A DNA stretch of 56,298 nucleotides from an uncultured Ruminococcus sp. (lineage in GTDB: Bacteria; Bacillota; Clostridia; RUG12999), in contig CACZWD010000014.1 in NCBI GenBank assembly GCA_902784805.1, forward strand, positions 1 to 56,298, given 5' to 3'. Below the pieces are notes generated by a model. That model saw only the letters and a program-made list of their open reading frames with translations, did no database searches and was not told the origin of the DNA. The position numbers were made by a program, and so were the translations under genes. Shown piece by piece: positions 27,014 through 36,800 of this stretch; position 1 is the stretch's first letter, and every line of letters begins with the position of its first letter.

Positions 27014-28173
27014 TATACCGCCTCCAAAGCCTGTTTAATATCGTTTATGATATCATCCGCGTTTTCAATGCCTACAGACATTCTTACAAGGTCGGGCGTG
27101 ATTCCCGCCGCTATAAGCTGTTCGTCCGTAAGCTGACGGTGAGTTGTACTTGCAGGGTGAAGCACAGAGGTTCTCGCATCCGCAACATGCACAACAATTG
27201 CCGCAAGCTTTAAGCTGTCCATAAACTTAACTGCTGCCTGCCTACCGCCTTTTACTCCAAACGAAATTACGCCGCTCGCGCCTTTTTTAAGATATTTCCT
27301 CGCAAGCTCATAATCGGGAGAAGATTCAAGCAGCGGATAATTCACCCAGCTTACACCTTCATGGGATTCAAGAAATCTCGCGACCTTCAAAGCATTCTCG
27401 CAGTGCCGTTCCATTCTGAGATGAAGTGTTTCGAGAGAGGTATTTATCATAAACGCCGATATTGCGGTCGGAATTGCGCCGAAATCACGCATAAGCTGAA
27501 CTCTTGCTTTTGTAATATATGCCGCTTTGCCGAAATCCTTTGTATAAACTACGCCGTGATAAGATTCATCTACAATATCCGCTCCGTATTCAAACGGTCT
27601 GCAAAGCACCGGTGTCGCAAAGGTATTGTCAACAACAAGAGGCAGCCCGTGCTTATGCGCAAGCTTTGCGTAACGTTCTATATCAAGCACGTTAAGCGCC
27701 GGATTCGCGATTGTTTCACCGAAAACAAGCCTTGTGTTTTCGTCAATATATTTTTCGGCTTCCTCATCGGACATATCGGGAGTGATAAATCTTACTTCAA
27801 CGCCCATACGTTTCATTGTTACGGCAAAAAGGTTGATTGTACCGCCGTAAATGGACGAAAGGCTTACAATATTCTGCCCGCTTGACGTAATATTTAATAC
27901 TGCCATAAGATTTGCCGCCTGACCGGAGGACGTAAACATAGCGCCGACGCCGCCTTCAAGCTCCGCAATTTTCTTTTCAAGTATGTCAAGACTCGGATTT
28001 GAAATTCTCGAATACATATGTCCCGGTACTTTAAGGTCAAAAAGCTTGCCCAAATGGTCGGCTGATTCGTATTTATATGTTGTGCTCTGATATATGGGCA
28101 TAACCCTCGGTTCACCGTTACCCGGCTCATATGCGCCCTGAACACACTTTGTTTCTATTTTATATTCTGACAA
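27013..28173 (-). CDS. metY: O-acetylhomoserine sulfhydrylase-like protein (MetY family) with in-frame loss of the PLP-lysine segment
   Basis: Cys/Met-metabolism PLP-enzyme family throughout ([37 protein letters not shown]). The likely start is TTG 28173 (GGAGGG 7 nt upstream). The sequence reads GADIV|DESYHG where about 40 aa, including the HS.TK lysine, are expected. Confidence 0.8.
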   Translation of the reverse strand: MSEYKIETKCVQGAYEPGNGEPRVMPIYQSTTYKYESADHLGKLFDLKVPGHMYSRISNPSLDILEKKIAELEGGVGAMFTSSGQAANLMAVLNITSSGQNIVSLSSIYGGTINLFAVTMKRMGVEVRFITPDMSDEEAEKYIDENTRLVFGETIANPALNVLDIERYAKLAHKHGLPLVVDNTFATPVLCRPFEYGADIVDESYHGVVYTKDFGKAAYITKARVQLMRDFGAIPTAISAFMINTSLETLHLRMERHCENALKVARFLESHEGVSWVNYPLLESSPDYELARKYLKKGASGVISFGVKGGRQAAVKFMDSLKLAAIVVHVADARTSVLHPASTTHRQLTDEQLIAAGITPDLVRMSVGIENADDIINDIKQALEAV

Positions 28174-28204
28174 AATAAATCCCTCCATGTATTGTAATAT
28201 ATTA

Positions 28205-28233
28205 ATTTTAGCACAAAAACTGCTTTGTGTCAA
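28205..28233 (-). promoter_or_regulatory. Sigma-A promoter for metY-metA
   Basis: Minus strand reads TTGACA (28233-28228), a 17-nt spacer, then TAAAAT (28210-28205). Confidence 0.6.
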
Positions 28234-28302
28234 CATTTTACGGCTATTATAAAGAAATATTTTTGAAAAATTAATAAATATATTTAAAATGTTCTTTTTT
28301 TG

Positions 28303-28331
28303 TTGAAATAAAAAAAAATATGTGATATACT
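28303..28331 (+). promoter_or_regulatory. Sigma-A promoter for the histidine-phosphatase gene
   Basis: TTGAAA (28303-28308), a 17-nt spacer, then TATACT (28326-28331). Confidence 0.5.
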
Positions 28332-28362
28332 ATATACAGCTATTTTTTTGGAGGAGTTCGAA

Positions 28363-29091
28363 ATGATTTTGTTTTATGTACGCCACGGCGACCCTATATA
28401 TAACCCAAACTCTCTTACGCCTCTCGGCACACGTCAGGCTGAGGCTGTAGCAAAAAGGCTTGCTCTCTACGGCATTGATGAAATTTATTCATCACCCTCG
28501 GAAAGAGCCCTGCTTACGGCAAAGCCTACGGCAGAAATCACAAAAAAAGAGATTACCCGGCTTGACTTTTGCGATGAAAAATACGCTTATGAGGATTTTG
28601 CCGTACTGAACGAAACCGGAAGGCATTCGTGGGCTTTTCAAAACATAGCTTTCAAAAGGCTGTTTAACGACAATAAGGTTCTTTCACTCGGTGACAAATG
28701 GTATGAATATAAGGAATTTGAACAATATAACTTTGAACACGGTGTAAAAAGAGTCAATAAGGGCGTGGACGAATTTTTGCTGTCTCTCGGCTATGAGCAT
28801 AACCGCGAAAAACATTTTTATATTCCTGTAAATCCGAGCGAAAAAAGAGTCGCGCTTTTTGCGCATCACGGCTTCGGACTTTGCTTTTTATCAAGCTTGC
28901 TTGATATACCTTATCCCCTTATATCAACTCATTTTGATATAGGTCATACGGGAGTAACCGCCATTTTTTTCGGCATTGAAGACGGAATATGCATACCTTC
29001 AGTCCTTACTCTTTCAAACGATTCTCACTTATTCAGGGAAGGGCTTCCTACATATCACAATACACATATTAAAAAAAATATCAGGTTTTAA
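28363..29091 (+). CDS. Histidine phosphatase (phosphoglycerate-mutase-like) family protein
   Basis: MILFYVRHGDPIY (RHG catalytic motif) ...FAHHGFG. I prefer the ATG at 28363 with GGAGGAG 6 nt upstream over the track start at 28348. Confidence 0.75.
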   Translation: MILFYVRHGDPIYNPNSLTPLGTRQAEAVAKRLALYGIDEIYSSPSERALLTAKPTAEITKKEITRLDFCDEKYAYEDFAVLNETGRHSWAFQNIAFKRLFNDNKVLSLGDKWYEYKEFEQYNFEHGVKRVNKGVDEFLLSLGYEHNREKHFYIPVNPSEKRVALFAHHGFGLCFLSSLLDIPYPLISTHFDIGHTGVTAIFFGIEDGICIPSVLTLSNDSHLFREGLPTYHNTHIKKNIRF

Positions 29092-29103
29092 AGGATTTTC
29101 ACT

Positions 29104-29571
29104 ATGAAAAAAATGATTTTGGTCGGCAGAAGCGAAAGCGGCAAAACCACGCTTTCGCAGGCTTTTCCGGGTAACGGAAAAGAATACCGCAAAACGCAAT
29201 ACATAAATTTTAATGATTATATAATAGATACGCCGGGTGAGTACGCGCAGGAAAACAGCCTTGCAAGAGCGCTTGCCCTATACTCGTATGAGGCTGAAAT
29301 TGTCGGTATGGTGCTGAGCGCGACGGAGCAATATTCGCTTTATCCGCCGTGCTGCGCGGCAACAACAAACCGTGAGGTTATCGGTATTGTCACACAAATT
29401 GACAGAAAAGACGCGCAGCCCGAAAAAGCCGAAAACTGGCTTCGCCTTGCAGGCTGTAAAACAGTTTTTAAAGTTTCTTCCGTTACGGGAGAGGGTATGG
29501 ACAAGCTGCTTAATTATTTAAAAGAAGGTGAACCGGATGAAAATTCTTGTGATAAACGGTCCGAATCTTAA
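29104..29571 (+). CDS. EutP/PduV-family small GTPase (orphan)
   Basis: 155 aa. MKKMILVGRSESGKTTL...YRKTQ...IDTPGEY...IGIVTQIDR...VSSVTGEGMDKLLNYL matches the EutP/PduV pattern. Its tail overlaps aroQ by 35 nt. Confidence 0.75.
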   Translation: MKKMILVGRSESGKTTLSQAFPGNGKEYRKTQYINFNDYIIDTPGEYAQENSLARALALYSYEAEIVGMVLSATEQYSLYPPCCAATTNREVIGIVTQIDRKDAQPEKAENWLRLAGCKTVFKVSSVTGEGMDKLLNYLKEGEPDENSCDKRSES

Positions 29572-29986
29572 TATGCTCGGAAAACGCAACCCAAAAATAT
29601 ACGGAACAAAAACGCTTGCGGATATTGAAAATGAAATTGCCTCATACGCCAAGAAAAAGGGTATAGATACCGAGTTTTTTCAGTCCGCCTGTGAGGGTGA
29701 AATCGTAAACAAGCTTAACGGGGCATACGGAAGCGCGGACGGTATAATAATAAACGCAGGGGCATATACACACTATTCCTACGCAATTCGTGACGCGCTT
29801 GAAATTCTTGATGTTCCGAAAATAGAGGTGCATCTTTCGGATATTCACGCAAGAGAAACATTCAGAAATATCTCGGTTATTGAGGAAGTCTGCACTCTTC
29901 AGATAGCAGGTTTCGGCGATAAGGGTTATGTTATGGCGGTTGATGAAATAATTAAAATTTTATCGGAGGAAAACAGTAAAAGATGA
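29537..29986 (+). CDS. aroQ: Type II 3-dehydroquinate dehydratase
   Basis: MKILVINGPNLNMLGKRNPKIYG...INAGAYTHYSYAIRDA...EVHLSDIHARE. Start at ATG 29537 (GAAGGTG RBS). Confidence 0.9.
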   Translation: MKILVINGPNLNMLGKRNPKIYGTKTLADIENEIASYAKKKGIDTEFFQSACEGEIVNKLNGAYGSADGIIINAGAYTHYSYAIRDALEILDVPKIEVHLSDIHARETFRNISVIEEVCTLQIAGFGDKGYVMAVDEIIKILSEENSKR

Positions 29987-31041
29987 AGGATATTACAGAG
30001 CAGCTCCAAAAATTCGGGCTTGACGCAATGCTTTTTTCATATATGAACAATATTTTTTATCTCTGTGGCTTCAAAGGAACGGCGGGACAGCTTTTTGTTA
30101 CCAGAGACGACGCTTTTCTGATAACGGATTTCAGGTATCTGTCGCAGGCAAAAGAACAAACAGAGGATGTCACGATTATTGACATCGCAAACGGTGAGAA
30201 AGCTGTTTTTGACAAGCTTATAAAAGAGTATAATATAAAAAAAACAGGCTTTGAACAAAGCTATATAACATATGAAAAATTTTTACAGCTTAAAAAAATT
30301 TTTGAAGGCACAAAGCTTTTCGGTGTTAAAGGAACAGTCGAAGAAATGCGCATTGTAAAAACCGGTGACGAGCTAAAGCTTTTAAGCCGTGCCTGTGAAA
30401 TTGCCGATACAGCATTTGAAACGGTTTTTCCGCGCATAAAAGAAGGCGTAACAGAGCTTGAAATTGCCGCTATGCTTGAATATGAAATGAAACGGCAGGG
30501 TGCTTCCGGCGCGTCTTTTGAAACAATTGTCGCTTCGGGCAAGCGCTCGTCAATGCCCCACGGAACCGCAAGCACAAAGCCCCTTAAATCGGGCGAATTT
30601 GTTGTTATGGATTTCGGCTGTGTATTCGGAGGATATTGCAGTGACATAACAAGAACTGTTGCCGTAGGAGATATAAGCGACAAAATGCGTGACATATATA
30701 CGAAGGTACAAACCGTACAGGAGGAAATGCTTCCTCTTGTGAAACCCGGCGCGGCATGTAAAGCGATTGACGCGGAATCGAGAAAAATGTTTAAAACCTG
30801 GGGTATAGATAAATATTTCGGTCATTCCCTGGGACACGGCGTTGGGCTCGACATTCATGAGCTGCCGAATTTAAGCCCGAAATCGCCTTATACGCTTGAA
30901 GAAAATATGATTGTTACAGTGGAGCCGGGAATATATATTGAAGGGGAATTCGGCGTGCGAATTGAGGATACCGTGAAAGTCGGGGTTAAAGGCGCCGAAA
31001 GACTGACAAAATCCGATAAAAATTTAAGAATATGCAGATAG
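29983..31041 (+). CDS. Xaa-Pro aminopeptidase (M24B)
   Basis: 352 aa with a creatinase-like N-domain and M24 metal ligands (DFGCVFGGYCSDITRT, HSLGHGVGLDIHE, VEPGIY, RIED). ATGA overlap with aroQ. Confidence 0.85.
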   Translation: MKDITEQLQKFGLDAMLFSYMNNIFYLCGFKGTAGQLFVTRDDAFLITDFRYLSQAKEQTEDVTIIDIANGEKAVFDKLIKEYNIKKTGFEQSYITYEKFLQLKKIFEGTKLFGVKGTVEEMRIVKTGDELKLLSRACEIADTAFETVFPRIKEGVTELEIAAMLEYEMKRQGASGASFETIVASGKRSSMPHGTASTKPLKSGEFVVMDFGCVFGGYCSDITRTVAVGDISDKMRDIYTKVQTVQEEMLPLVKPGAACKAIDAESRKMFKTWGIDKYFGHSLGHGVGLDIHELPNLSPKSPYTLEENMIVTVEPGIYIEGEFGVRIEDTVKVGVKGAERLTKSDKNLRICR

Positions 31042-31061
31042 AGAGGCATCACGCCGTATTC

Positions 31062-31976
31062 TTAAATTTTTATAATCAGGAGATTTGCCCAGCCCAACAA
31101 AAAGCCCAGCAATGCTCCCAAATAAACAATAGCGCTTAACTCTTTTTTCATAAGCTCCAAAATAATGTTTTCCAATTCTACCACATTGAAGGATGCTATT
31201 TTATCCTCAACAATTTTTTCTATGTTTATTTCGCGCAGCACAGACTCAAGATTTTCTTCGATTATCCTTTGATATGTTGACAAAACAAAACTGATAAATA
31301 AGGGAATTTTTTCTTCATATTTCTCAATAATACCGCAAACCTTACATTCTTTTACTCTTTCAATTTCATTATCTATAAGGTTGCTGATTATTTCTTTTGA
31401 ATTATCGGCAACAGTCTGATTTATTACTTCACCTATTGACTTTGCTGTCCGGTTAACTAAATTATCATCAAATATGCCTGATAAAACGCCGAATGTGAAA
31501 TTATCTATTTTTTCTTTGATTTTATATATTACGCTTTTTGATATACTTTCTCCAAACCCGGAGCTTGTAAGTTTGGTATGAATCAGTTCGGTAATATCAT
31601 CTCTGATAACCGATATAATCTTTTCGGTCATATCATAAGTTGTATATTTTAATAGTACATCCTCGACGGTTTCCTCATTTGTTCTGTTATCATCTATAAT
31701 TTTTTCAAGTCCGTGTTTTATCTTTTCCATCATTTCTTCTGATGTAAATGCCTTTTTCAGCGTTTCGACATCCAAAAAACGATTGCTGATGGTTTTTCCT
31801 ATAGCTTTTGCCACACGCTCTCTTTCCTTTGGAATAAGTCCCGGAGTAAAAGGTAATTTTATTTTCCCCAAATAAATCGGTTTTCTCGGATGAAAAAGCA
31901 TCTTTATAGCTATATCGTTAGTTATAAATCCGATTACCCCGCCTACAAGCGGCGGAATAAAAATTTGTAAGTTCAT
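31062..31976 (-). CDS. DUF445-family membrane-associated protein
   Basis: 304 aa. N-terminal PPLVGGVIGFITNDIAIKMLFHPRKP and a C-terminal TM helix are typical of DUF445 (YheB-like). Confidence 0.55.
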   Translation of the reverse strand: MNLQIFIPPLVGGVIGFITNDIAIKMLFHPRKPIYLGKIKLPFTPGLIPKERERVAKAIGKTISNRFLDVETLKKAFTSEEMMEKIKHGLEKIIDDNRTNEETVEDVLLKYTTYDMTEKIISVIRDDITELIHTKLTSSGFGESISKSVIYKIKEKIDNFTFGVLSGIFDDNLVNRTAKSIGEVINQTVADNSKEIISNLIDNEIERVKECKVCGIIEKYEEKIPLFISFVLSTYQRIIEENLESVLREINIEKIVEDKIASFNVVELENIILELMKKELSAIVYLGALLGFLLGWANLLIIKI

Positions 31977-32152
31977 GGTTTTTATCGCTCCGTATTATAT
32001 TTAATCATTAATCATATATAAAAAATCGGCTTTAATTTTATCAAAAAAAACAAGATTTGTCAACATATTTTAAAAAAATTCAGACCTGTCCGAAACAATG
32101 AAAAATACGTAAGGATTTTTGTTAAAAAAATTCAAAAAAATGTAAAAAGTAC

Positions 32153-32181
32153 TTGAAATTCAGGTCTATATAGTGTATAAT
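32153..32181 (+). promoter_or_regulatory. Sigma-A promoter for efp
   Basis: TTGAAA (32153-32158), a 17-nt spacer, then TATAAT (32176-32181). Confidence 0.6.
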
Positions 32182-32237
32182 ATATATGTATATATTGTAT
32201 AAAATGGATAAAAATATGAAAGGAATGGTCATAAACT

Positions 32238-32795
32238 ATGATTTCAGCAGGAGATTTCCGCAACGGCGTAACCTTTGAATATGAAGGCAACGTGTATCAG
32301 ATTATTCAGTTTCAGCACGTTAAACCCGGCAAAGGCGCAGCTTTTGTGAGAACAAAAATTAAAAATGTAATAACGGGCGGTGTTGTTGAAAAAACCTTCA
32401 ATCCGACGGATAAAATGCCGAAAGCGCATATTGACCGCCGCGATATGCAGTATCTTTACAATGATGGCGAGCTTTATTATTTTATGGATCAGGAAACCTT
32501 TGAACAGCTTCCGCTTACAGCGGATATTCTTGAAGGCGCGCTTCCGTTTCTTAAAGATGAAATGGTTGTTAAAGTGCTTTCGTATAAGGGTAAGGTTTTC
32601 GGCGTAGAGCCTCCGAACTTTGTTGAGCTTATGATTACCGAAACGGAACCCGGCTTTAAAGGCGATACCGCTACGGGTGCAACAAAACCCGCAACGCTTG
32701 AAACAGGATATGTACTTAACGTACCTCTTTTTGTTGATGAAGGCACCGTTATCAGAGTCGATACAAGAACAGGCGAATATATGGAAAGAGCGTAA
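32238..32795 (+). CDS. efp: Elongation factor P
   Basis: 185 aa. [43 protein letters not shown]. Confidence 0.95.
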   Translation: MISAGDFRNGVTFEYEGNVYQIIQFQHVKPGKGAAFVRTKIKNVITGGVVEKTFNPTDKMPKAHIDRRDMQYLYNDGELYYFMDQETFEQLPLTADILEGALPFLKDEMVVKVLSYKGKVFGVEPPNFVELMITETEPGFKGDTATGATKPATLETGYVLNVPLFVDEGTVIRVDTRTGEYMERA

Positions 32796-32815
32796 ATCGC
32801 GTAAAGGAGGCAGTT

Positions 32816-33196
32816 ATGGCTTACTTAAACGAAAGAGTTTCATATCTTAAAGGTATGACTGACGGGCTTAATATGGATAATACAACTCCGGAGAGCAAGC
32901 TTATAAAAGCCATGCTTGACGTTATGCAGGAAATGGCAGATGAAATTGAGGTTATGACAGGTGCCTTTGACGACATTGCCGAAGACCTCGCGGACCTTAT
33001 GGATTATTGCTATAATGAGGATTTTGAATATGATGACTGTATAGAGGTAGAGTGTGATTCGTGCGGTGAAACTGTTGAAATTACCGATGAGATGATAGAT
33101 GAAAACGGTAAGGTTTCCTGCCCTAACTGCGGTAAGCCTATTAATATAGAGAATTTATGCGACTTTGATTATGACGATTATGACGATGAGGAATAA
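32816..33196 (+). CDS. Small acidic zinc-ribbon protein (CD1247-N-terminal-domain-like)
   Basis: 126 aa. It has CDSCGE...CPNCGK (a CxxC-N22-CxxC ribbon) and a very acidic D/E/Y-rich tail. AAGGAGG RBS. Confidence 0.5.
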   Translation: MAYLNERVSYLKGMTDGLNMDNTTPESKLIKAMLDVMQEMADEIEVMTGAFDDIAEDLADLMDYCYNEDFEYDDCIEVECDSCGETVEITDEMIDENGKVSCPNCGKPINIENLCDFDYDDYDDEE

Positions 33197-33285
33197 TGTT
33201 TCATAATATTAAATCAATTTTGAAGGACGGGGTTATGATACTTCGTCCTTTAGTTTGATATACGCAAAAATAGGAGGAGATATAA

Positions 33286-33855
33286 ATGCTCGTTATTTTC
33301 GGTCTTGGCAATCCCGGCAAAAAATATGAATATACAAGGCATAACGCCGGTTTTTGTACCGTTGATTATATTGCCTCAAAACATGGCATAAAAATAAATA
33401 AGATAGGTTTTAACTCGCTTTACGGTGAGGGCAATGTCTATGGTGAAAAGCTCCTTATGGTTAAACCGCAGACTTTTATGAATATAAGCGGCAAGGCCGT
33501 GCTTGCGGTGAAATCGTTTTACAAGCTTGAAAACAGCGATATGCTGGTGATTTACGATGATATAAGTATGCCTGCGGGACAGCTCCGTGTTCGCCTTAAA
33601 GGAAGCGCCGGCGGACATAACGGAATAAAAGATATAATACTGAGTATAAATTCCGATGAATTTCCGAGAATAAAAATGGGAGTCGGCGCACCCATATATG
33701 AAGGCGAAGATGTTGCCGATTATGTTCTCGGCAGATTTACGGATAATGACATTGCCGTAATGTCAAAGGCGGCTGAAAAAATCGAGGAAAACTTAGAGCT
33801 TATCGTAAAGCGTGACTACGGCGCGCTTATGTCAAAGCTGAATATGAGAATTTAA
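33286..33855 (+). CDS. pth: Peptidyl-tRNA hydrolase
   Basis: 189 aa. LVIFGLGNPGKKYEYTRHNAGF...GSAGGHNGIKDI. Confidence 0.95.
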   Translation: MLVIFGLGNPGKKYEYTRHNAGFCTVDYIASKHGIKINKIGFNSLYGEGNVYGEKLLMVKPQTFMNISGKAVLAVKSFYKLENSDMLVIYDDISMPAGQLRVRLKGSAGGHNGIKDIILSINSDEFPRIKMGVGAPIYEGEDVADYVLGRFTDNDIAVMSKAAEKIEENLELIVKRDYGALMSKLNMRI

Positions 33856-33871
33856 TTTTCGGGGAAATGAA

Positions 33872-36800
33872 ATGAGCAGATTTAGTGAAGTTATTGAAAA
33901 CAAAGCCGAATATAAAAACATTGTTGATTATTTCAAGCGCGGCCTTGAAACCGTTACCGTAACCGGGCTGCCGGACGGCGCGAAAGCGCATTTTTTGTCA
34001 TGCTTTGTAAATGATACAGGCAAAAATCTTATATATATTGCGCCCACCGAAACAGATGCAAAAGCCGCGGCGGAGGATTTTAGATTTTTTGCGGGAGAAA
34101 GTGCCGAGGTCGCCTTTTTCCCTCAGAAGGAATATGTTTTCCATAATATCGACGCTATGAACAGTGATGTGACTTATGAACGAATAAACTGCCTGCATAT
34201 TCTGAAATACTCAGATAAACCTGTTATAATTACCGCTTCGGCTGCGGCTGCGGCTCAATATACAATGCCGCCTGAAATTTATGATGAAATTGTAATAAAA
34301 GCCGGAGATTTTATAAATCAGAATGAGCTTTTAAAAAAGCTCGTTTTTATGGGCTATCTGCGCGCGGAAAGCGTTGAAGGCGCGGGACAATTCAGTATAA
34401 GAGGCGGAATTGTCGATATTTTTTCACCGAGCGAGCTTTATCCTGTAAGGCTTGAATTTTGGGACGACGAGATTGATACGCTTCGTTCGTTTGACCCTCA
34501 ATCGCAAATTTCGGTCAAATCTGTTCCCGAGGCGCATATAACGCCATGCAGAGAGCTTGTATATAGTAAAGAAACTGCTGAAAAAGTAATTAAAAAAATA
34601 AGTGCCTCCCCCACCGAAGCTTTGCAAAAGGACGCGGAAAGCTTTGCATCAAAGCATTATTTTTCGGCAGCGGATAAATATATGCCGTATATATACGGTA
34701 AACCGCATACGATTACCGATTATTTTTATGATGGTATCTGCGTTTTCGATAATCCGCAAACCGTAAATGCGAAAATAAAAAACCTTTATGAACAAATGGC
34801 GGAAGAAACGTCAAACCTTGCCGAAAAAGGTCTGATTAAGTTTCCGAAGGGCGCGGAATACGTTAGAAATTTTGCGTATATTTCAAACCATGGCAGGTTT
34901 AAAATAGCCCTTGAACCGATTACCGCGCACAATAACCTTTTATCGTCAAACGCTTCGGTTAATTTTAACGCCCGCGCGGCGCAGCAATATACGGGAAAAA
35001 CAGAACTTATAATAGAAGATATTGATTTCTGGCACAGCGGCGGTTACGGAATCAATATAATTGTCGGCAGCAAAACAAAAGCGGAAGCGTTTGGGGAAAC
35101 GCTTAAAGAAAGGGGCAAGCTTCCCGTTATAAAGGCAAGCGGTGAACCGGCGCTTAAAGGTGAGATAGCAATATCGGTCGGTACTCTGAAAAACGGTTTT
35201 GAGTACCCTGCCGAAAAATTCGCGATTATCTGCGATAAAGAGCTTTTCGGCGGCGAGCGGGTTCATAAAAAAACAAGACAAATGCCCGGAACAAGAATAA
35301 AATCTTACAATGACCTTGAGGTCGGTGATTACGTTGTTCATCATATTCACGGCATTGGAAGGTATCTTGGGCTTCACCGAATGGAGGTTGACGGAATTAA
35401 AAAAGACTATCTCAAAATACTGTACCGTGAAGGAGATATTTTATATATTCCGGCAGCGTCACTACATCTTATAAACAAATATATCGCTTCCGAAGGCGGC
35501 AGCGTAAAGCTTAATAAAATGGGCGGCGCGGAATTTTCGAGAGTTAAAGGAAGAGTACAAAAATCCGTTGAAGAAATGGCGGCAAAGCTTGTTAAAATTT
35601 ACGCGGCAAGGTTAAACGCTAAAGGGCACGCTTTTGCGTCGGATACGGATTGGCAGAAAAATTTTGAGGATGACTTCCCCTATGAGGAAACGGAGGACCA
35701 GCTTAAATGTATAGAAGAAGTCAAACGTGATATGGAAAGTGAAAAGCCTATGGACAGGCTTTTATGCGGCGATGTGGGCTTCGGCAAAACCGAGGTTGCG
35801 CTTCGTGCCGCCTTTAAAGCTGTGGTTGACGGCAAACAGGTTGCGTATCTTGTTCCTACGACCGTTCTGGCAAAGCAGCATTACAACACTTTTTCGGGAA
35901 GAATGGCGAGATACCCCATAAATGTTGAAATGCTCAGCCGTTTTAAATCCGCCGCGCAGCAAAAAAAGATTATTAAGAGTTTAAAAGACGGCAGTACAGA
36001 TGTTGTTATAGGCACTCACAGACTTTTGCAGAAAGATGTATGCTATAAGGATTTGGGGCTTCTTATTGTTGACGAGGAGCAGCGTTTCGGAGTTGCCGAC
36101 AAGGAAAAAATAAAAGAGCTTAAAAACACGATAGATGTGCTTACGCTTTCCGCAACACCTATACCGAGAACCATGCATATGGCTATGATAGGCATAAGAG
36201 ATATGAGTGTTATAAACGAGCCGCCCGAAGACCGCAGACCGGTACAGACGTTTGTTATGGAATATGACAGAGAGGTTATTAAAGAAGCGATTTTAAAGGA
36301 GCTTGACCGCGGCGGGCAGGTATATTATGTATATAACCGTATTGAAGGAATTGAAAGGGCCGCAGCGGAAATACAGGCAATGGCGCCGGATGCGAAAATT
36401 GTTGTGGGACACGGAAGAATGAACGAAAGAGAGCTTGAGAGCATTATGCTTTCGGTTATGGACGGTGAAGCGGACATACTTGTTTGCACCACAATTATCG
36501 AAACAGGACTTGATATACCGAATGTCAACACCATCATAGTTGAAAACGCTGACAGAATGGGGCTTTCACAGCTATATCAGCTCCGCGGCAGAGTCGGCAG
36601 AAGCTACCGCACGTCATATGCGTATTTCACCTACAAAAAAAACAAAGAGATAAACGAGACAGCAGAGAAAAGGCTTAAATCAATAAGAGAATTTACAGAA
36701 TTCGGTTCGGGATTTAAAATAGCTCTGCGTGACCTTGCCATAAGAGGCGCGGGAAATGTTCTCGGACCGCAGCAGCACGGTGCTATGGACGCCGTAGGCT

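Noticed and set aside
28174-28347. Expected an S-box (SAM) or T-box leader upstream of metY-metA.
   Set aside because: The region is short and almost pure A/T. It contains only divergent promoters, with none of the GC-rich S-box or T-box conserved helices.
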